Source: Hydrurus foetidus (taxonomy: Eukaryota). Taken from it: DNA of 37,478 nt. Location: NCBI GenBank assembly GCA_900617105.1, contig UYFQ01000230.1, positions 1-37,478 of the forward strand, in the 5' to 3' direction. Below, one piece after another: positions 30,962 through 37,478 of the stretch. The translations under genes and the position numbers were made by a program. Every line of letters begins with the position of its first letter. The stretch's first letter is position 1. The notes beneath the pieces were generated by a model. It had not been told where the DNA came from and ran no database searches. It saw only the letters and a program-made list of their open reading frames with translations.

Positions 30962-33221
30962 ATGATGCGGACAAGATCTGGCGCTGGTGGAAATTCACCT
31001 GATGCCGACGACGATTTCAGCGAGGAGATTACCGATGATGGCCCTCCTCCACTGCAAAGCGATATGTCCGATATGGATCCTGCCTTGGAAGAGCAGGTGC
31101 TTGAAACCAACGTTGACGTTGTGATTGATAGCTCTGCCTTCCAGGCAGCTGTAGATAGGGAAGTTGCCCGAGTTCTTAGGCAGAGAGAGAATGATGCGAA
31201 GGTTGATGCCCCTTATGGGACAGTCGACATTGCTCTACGGGCGGATCTGCCGTTGCGCGATCAGCCCCACTCTCGAACCCTATTACCTCGGGCGAATCCA
31301 CCCATTGTGAGAATGTCCAGCGCGTATATGTCCGAGAATGTTGAACAAAGTAGCATAAGAAAAATCAATCCAATGAATAATGAGGGGGAAACTCTGGCAA
31401 AAATTTTCCAACCCTATGAATATTGATCGATTCAGCTATTCCAACAACAATATTTCTCAACAACGACGCGATTCTGATGCGTGGAACCAAAATTATAGTC
31501 GGCGCGAAAGTCCTAGTTGGAATAATAATAATAGTTCTCAACAACAACGCAGTCCGAATAATAACAACACATCTAATAGATCCCAGCAAGAACGTGCGGA
31601 AAATATTAGACAATCCTCTTCTCCTTCAAATATTCATGAGTATGAATCTGAGGAAAGTTACAATAGAAGAACGCCAAAACTTCGGCATAGATTAGTCCCT
31701 CAGACTACGTACATCAAAGTTGCGCAAGTCTTCATAAGTGAATGTGAAAAGAACAAGATAGATATGCACACCCCCGACAAATTTCGTCGATTACGGGGAT
31801 TACATGCTACATTAGCCAATGCTGATTTACTTACTCTCTTGACCGGACACCGTCCGCAACCTGTCATAGATCTTGAAGTAAATAAGTACGGTTACTCAGA
31901 AAGCCGTGTAATTAACATACCTGTTCTTTCCCAAACTGATGAGGATTCTTCATCTGTCTTCTCTACGAATAACACAACTCATTTCGAGGACGTTATGTTG
32001 AAAGAAGACGATGCCTTTAAGTTTAAGTATGATAATGAGAGATTGTATTCATTGGTATTCGCCATGTTTCATCAAAATCTTCACCATCATGTTACAATCC
32101 AAAGCGAATCCACCCGCAATGGGATTAATGCATATCATGATATTCATCAATTTGTGTTCGGTCAGAAGCAAATCGATATTAAGTTCGCCAAACGCGCTCT
32201 TGAAAATCATAAAGTAAATATACATTCCCCAATGCGGACAGAATATTCTCGATGGGAAACTGCGTTCTCTAACCTCGAGCATGCCCAAATGCGGCGCCTA
32301 ACTGAAGTTGAAAAAATATCTTGGCTATCAGATCAATTCAAAGATGATCCGAGATCCCAAATACAATCCTGCTTCGTTTCCAGTGCGTCCAGTAATGAAT
32401 CTTATAGTCTGATTATAGAAAAACTTCTCCGTACATACGATCTCATATCCGAAAATACCACATCTCGTGTTGCAAGTTTCGATACCTCCAATATGACTTC
32501 CAGTAGTACCGAGCCTCATATCCTATATCAAAATACTCTTTCAAATTCTAGTGCCCCTCCTCCAAATCTTCCCCTTCAAAACAAATATAAACCTAATAAC
32601 AATTATGACCCCAATAAGTCAGCCAGTCAAAAGAATGCCAAGACTCAACCACCAAAAGTTGACAGTCGCAATAGTGACAAAAAGAGATTAGCTGCCGGAG
32701 GCTTCTGTTTTAAGTTCAATATGGATGTTTGCCCTAAGTCGGCTCAAGAATGTAAATATAAGCATGAAATTATGCCGCAAGACTTTCGACCTCCTACACC
32801 TCCTCGTCGTGATAATTATCCGGTATCCTCGGCCAAAACCCAACCGGCTAATCCCGTATATCCTAACCCAAGTTTCAAGTTAACTCAAATTCAACTTGAT
32901 TCTGTGGGACCTATGTCTGGCAATGCTCATGGCAGATATGCTGGCGGATATTCTCAAAATCAAATTAAGAAATTAAAGACCTTGGAAGAGGTACTAAATC
33001 AAGCCACTACACCCACTGAGCATCGTGTTCAAGCGTTCTCCAGTTGGGGTAATCCATCTCAGCCTGCATACACAACACATGGTGAGAAAGCTAATACACT
33101 AATGAGAATCCGAATCGACCCGAATAATCAGCGTATATTAAAGACGCAACGGTTAGATAACTCTTGTCCTCAAGAACATCAAGGCCTTTCGGAGCTTATG
33201 TTGGGTTCACATCGCGCTTGA
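30962..33221 (+). pseudogene. gag: Copia-2 gag copy 3 (frameshift in G-run near 31385)
   Basis: ORFs 30914-31426 and 31380-33221. Confidence 0.82.
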
Positions 33222-33729
33222 AGATAGGAAAGGTAAAATCGGTTTTCCTCGTGCATACAAAGCCAGATTCGTTGGTTACGAGCCTTGTTTTAAGGTAATC
33301 GAAATACTACCAACCGGAATCTTCGGCAAAATTAGGACAAGTAAGGACGTCATTTTCGACAAAGACAATAATTATAATTACACGGACGAGTACCCATCCG
33401 ATCTTGATTTTTCTAATTTACACCAGAATATCAATAATGATAGCTCTGCAGTCCTACCAGCTAACAAGGTAGTTGAAAAAGATTCTGAACAACAACTAGC
33501 AACTCCAGCTATTCCAATACACCCTGTACCTGTAATACCTTGCATTATTCAGAATCGAACTCCTGAAAATCCTATTCCAGTGAATAATAATCCAAATGTC
33601 ATTAACAATAACAAAAATGTTAATAAATCTGGATCGACTAATATCAAATCAACAAAACAGAATATACCGTTTGATCCAACACCAATTAGAGATACAAATA
33701 ACAAATCCGGCATCGATGATAATGACATT
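33167..33729 (+). pseudogene. Duplicated integrase C-terminal fragment with 18-bp deletion
   Basis: Same deletion as in unit 3. Confidence 0.85.
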
Positions 33730-33974
33730 TGTCAGCTTATATCAGCGATAAGTGCTTTTATAGCTGTATATAGCCGTTATAATCATCAATATGTAGCTAG
33801 GAATATCTCATACGTAAGTACAATGATGTTCATCATGCAACGTCTTTTCAATTCGCATGTGTTTAGTTTCTAATTCTTAACGAATATTCGATACTCAACT
33901 CCCAAACTTCTTTGCCTGGTCGCTTGTGCTATTGGCCTCCTGCGACCTCATTGATCGTCCCTGATCAACTGACA
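33730..33974 (+). repeat. Copia-2 LTR, internally deleted (245 bp)
   Basis: TGTCAG...CTGACA; same 271-bp deletion. Confidence 0.82.
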
Positions 33975-34031
33975 TGGTAGCGATTGAAGCCTGAAGACTT
34001 CAAAGATAAGTTACCCGATTCCCCGACCAAA

Positions 34032-36291
34032 ATGATGCGGACAAGATCTGGCGCTGGTGGAAATTCACCTGATGCCGACGACGATTTCAGCGAGGAGATT
34101 ACCGATGATGGCCCTCCTCCACTGCAAAGCGATATGTCCGATATGGATCCTGCCTTGGAAGAGCAGGTGCTTGAAACCAACGTTGACGTTGTGATTGATA
34201 GCTCTGCCTTCCAGGCAGCTGTAGATAGGGAAGTTGCCCGAGTTCTTAGGCAGAGAGAGAATGATGCGAAGGTTGATGCCCCTTATGGGACAGTCGACAT
34301 TGCTCTACGGGCGGATCTGCCGTTGCGCGATCAGCCCCACTCTCGAACCCTATTACCTCGGGCGAATCCACCCATTGTGAGAATGTCCAGCGCGTATATG
34401 TCCGAGAATGTTGAACAAAGTAGCATAAGAAAAATCAATCCAATGAATAATGAGGGGGAAACTCTGGCAAAAATTTTCCAACCCTATGAATATTGATCGA
34501 TTCAGCTATTCCAACAACAATATTTCTCAACAACGACGCGATTCTGATGCGTGGAACCAAAATTATAGTCGGCGCGAAAGTCCTAGTTGGAATAATAATA
34601 ATAGTTCTCAACAACAACGCAGTCCGAATAATAACAACACATCTAATAGATCCCAGCAAGAACGTGCGGAAAATATTAGACAATCCTCTTCTCCTTCAAA
34701 TATTCATGAGTATGAATCTGAGGAAAGTTACAATAGAAGAACGCCAAAACTTCGGCATAGATTAGTCCCTCAGACTACGTACATCAAAGTTGCGCAAGTC
34801 TTCATAAGTGAATGTGAAAAGAACAAGATAGATATGCACACCCCCGACAAATTTCGTCGATTACGGGGATTACATGCTACATTAGCCAATGCTGATTTAC
34901 TTACTCTCTTGACCGGACACCGTCCGCAACCTGTCATAGATCTTGAAGTAAATAAGTACGGTTACTCAGAAAGCCGTGTAATTAACATACCTGTTCTTTC
35001 CCAAACTGATGAGGATTCTTCATCTGTCTTCTCTACGAATAACACAACTCATTTCGAGGACGTTATGTTGAAAGAAGACGATGCCTTTAAGTTTAAATAT
35101 GATAATGAGAGATTGTATTCATTGGTATTCGCCATGTTTCATCAAAATCTTCACCATCATGTTACAATCCAAAGCGAATCCACCCGCAATGGGATTAATG
35201 CATATCATGATATTCATCAATTTGTGTTCGGTCAGAAGCAAATCGATATTAAGTTCGCCAAACGCGCTCTTGAAAATCATAAAGTAAATATACATTCCCC
35301 AATGCGGACAGAAAATTCTCGATGGGAAACTGCGTTCTCTAACCTCGAGCATGCCCAAATGCGGCGCCTAACTGAAGTTGAAAAAATATCTTGGCTATCA
35401 GATCAATTCAAAGATGATCCGAGATCCCAAATACAATCCTGCTTCGTTTCCAGTGCGTCCAGTAATGAGTCTTATAGTCTGATTATAGAGAAATTTCTCC
35501 GTACATACGATCTCATATCCGAAAATACCACATCTCGTGTTGCAAGTTTCGATACCTCCAATATGACTTCCAGTAGTACCGAGCCTCATATCCTATATCA
35601 AAATACTCTTTCAAATTCTAGTGCCCCTCCTCCAAATCTTCCCCTTCAAAACAAATATAAACCTAATAACAATTATGACCCCAATAAGTCAGCCAGTCAA
35701 AAGAATGCCAAGACTCAACCACCAAAAGTTGACAGTCGCAATAGTGACAAAAAGAGATTAGCTGCCGGAGGCTTCTGTTTTAAGTTCAATATGGATGTTT
35801 GCCCTAAGTCGGCTCAAGAATGTAAATATAAGCATGAAATTATGCCGCAAGACTTTCGACCTCCTACACCTCCTCGTCGTGATAATTATCCGGTATCCTC
35901 GGCCAAAACCCAACCGGCTAATCCCGTATATCCTAACCCAAGTTTCAAGTTAACTCAAATTCAACTTGATTCTGTGGGACCTATGTCTGGCAATGCTCAT
36001 AGCAGATATGCTGGCGGATATTCTCAAAATCAAATTAAGAAATTAAAGACCTTGGAAGAGGTACTAAATCAAGCCACTACACCCACTGAGCATCGTGTTC
36101 AAGCGTTCTCCAGTTGGGGTAATCCATCTCAGCCTGCATACACAACACATGGTGAGAAAGCTAATACACTAATGAGAATCCGAATCGACCCGAATAATCA
36201 GCGTATATTAAAGACGCAACGGTTAGATAACTCTTGTCCTCAAGAACCTCAAGGCCTTTCGGAGCTTATGTTGGGTTCACATCGCGCTTGA
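34032..36291 (+). pseudogene. gag: Copia-2 gag copy 4 (same G-run frameshift as copy 3)
   Basis: ORFs 33984-34496 and 34450-36291. Confidence 0.82.
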
Positions 36292-36815
36292 AGATAGGAA
36301 AGGAAAAATCGGTTTTCCTCGTGCATACAAAGCCAGATTCGTTGGTTACGTTTTATCGAGAACGCTGAGCCTTTTTTTAAGGTCATTGAAATACTACCAA
36401 GCGGAATCTTCAGCAAAATTAGGACAAGTAGGACGTCATTTTCGACAAAGACAATAATTATAATTACACGGACGAGTACCCATCCGATTTTGATTTTTCT
36501 AATTTACACCAGAATATCAATAATGATATCTCTGCATTCCTACCAGCTAACAAGGTAGTTGAAAAAGATTCTGAACAACAACTAGCAGCTCCAGCTATTC
36601 CAATACACCCTGTACCTGTAATACCTTGCATTATTCAGAATCGAACTCCTTGAAATCCTATTCCAGTGAATAATAATCCAAATGTGATTAACAATAACAC
36701 AAATGTTAATAAATCTGGATCGACTAATATCAAATCAACAAAACAGAATATACCGTTTGATCCAACACCAATTAGAGATACAAATAACAAATCCGGCATC
36801 GATATTAATGACATT
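36237..36815 (+). pseudogene. Duplicated integrase C-terminal fragment, more diverged copy
   Basis: Homologous to 23647-24227 with extra substitutions, small indels and a stop. Confidence 0.82.
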
Positions 36816-37332
36816 TGTCAGCTTATATCAGCGATAAGTGCTATTTATAGCTGTATATAGCCGTTATAATCATCAATATGTAGCTAGGAATATCTCATAC
36901 GTAAGTACATATATGCAGTCCGTAACTACATACAATGATCACTTTAAGTCGCTTCCTCAATGCTTATCGTATCAAGTGTAGTGTCATTGTTGTGGGTTCA
37001 TGACCGCATATTTAGTATAGATTCCAGATTTTATGGTATGAGGGTACGAGAACTTTTCCATGTGTGATGTATGGTTTAAAGTATATCTCGTCGCTCGTCA
37101 ACGTAGGCTTAAATCTACGAGTTCAAATTCAAATCTGAAATGGATGACGAATGAGATCTTATTGACTTGCGGCAGGTAGAATGATGTTCATCATGCAACG
37201 TCTTTTCAATTCGCATGTGTTTAGTTTCTAATTCTTAACGAATATTCGATACTCAACTCCCAAACTTCTTTGCCTGGTCGCTTGTGCTATTGGCCTCCTG
37301 CGACCTCATTGATCGTCCCTGATCAACTGACA
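36816..37332 (+). repeat. Copia-2 LTR, full length (517 bp)
   Basis: Retains the 271-bp segment (36909-37179); followed by the PBS. Confidence 0.82.
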
Positions 37333-37389
37333 TGGTAGCGATTGAAGCCTGAAGACTTCAAAGATAAGTTACCCGATTCCCCGACCAAA

Positions 37390-37478
37390 ATGATGCGGAC
37401 AAGATCTGGCGCTGGTGGAAATTCACCTGATGCCGACGACGATTTCAGCGAGGAAATTACCAACGACGGCCCTCCTCC
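37390..37478 (+). CDS. gag: Copia-2 gag copy 5, start only (runs off window)
   Basis: ATGATGCGGACAAGATCT 58 bp after the LTR end, as in the other units. Confidence 0.75.
   Translation, partial: MMRTRSGAGGNSPDADDDFSEEITNDGPP

Larger units (their letters stand above)
23647..37478 (+). repeat. Tandem array of composite units (IN C-terminus + Copia-2 LTR + PBS + truncated gag); units start at 23647, 27008, 30097, 33167, 36237 (last partial)
   Basis: Recurring TCCTCAAGAAC boundary; periods 3361, 3089, 3070, 3070 bp; near-identical ORFs in each unit. Confidence 0.95.

Noticed and set aside
24735..35589. Repeated short minus-strand ORFs in the 3-kb units
   Set aside because: Antisense shadows of gag with no recognisable motifs; they recur only because the unit is repeated.
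1..37478. Assigning a host species
   Set aside because: Only transposon sequence is present. A eukaryote is clear and a protist or alga is a guess, but nothing here fixes the taxon.

Overview
Eukaryotic DNA made entirely of nested LTR retrotransposons and two tandem arrays derived from them. No host genes, RNA genes or CRISPR arrays are seen. (1) A Ty1/Copia-type element (Copia-1; gag-CCCH-unknown domain-PR-IN) runs from before base 1 to about 24227. (2) A very young Ty3/Gypsy chromodomain-bearing element (67-7560; identical 309-bp LTRs, ATTT target duplication) is inserted in the Copia-1 gag. It has several unusual features: an IFDN motif instead of YxDD in RT, a CCCH instead of CCHC finger in Gag, an in-frame UAG plus candidate pseudoknot between gag and protease, no tRNA PBS, and an antisense ORF resembling a papain-like Cys-His-Asp peptidase. 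(3) A 348-bp (116-codon) piece of the Copia-1 polyprotein is amplified into 36 near-identical head-to-tail copies (9359-21876). (4) A second, related element (Copia-2; 517-bp LTR TGTCAG...CTGACA, TGGTAGCGA PBS, CCCH Gag) is inserted after the Copia-1 integrase. The composite [IN C-terminus + LTR + PBS + truncated gag] is amplified as a 3.07-3.36-kb tandem array (23647 to window end; 4 complete units plus 1 partial).
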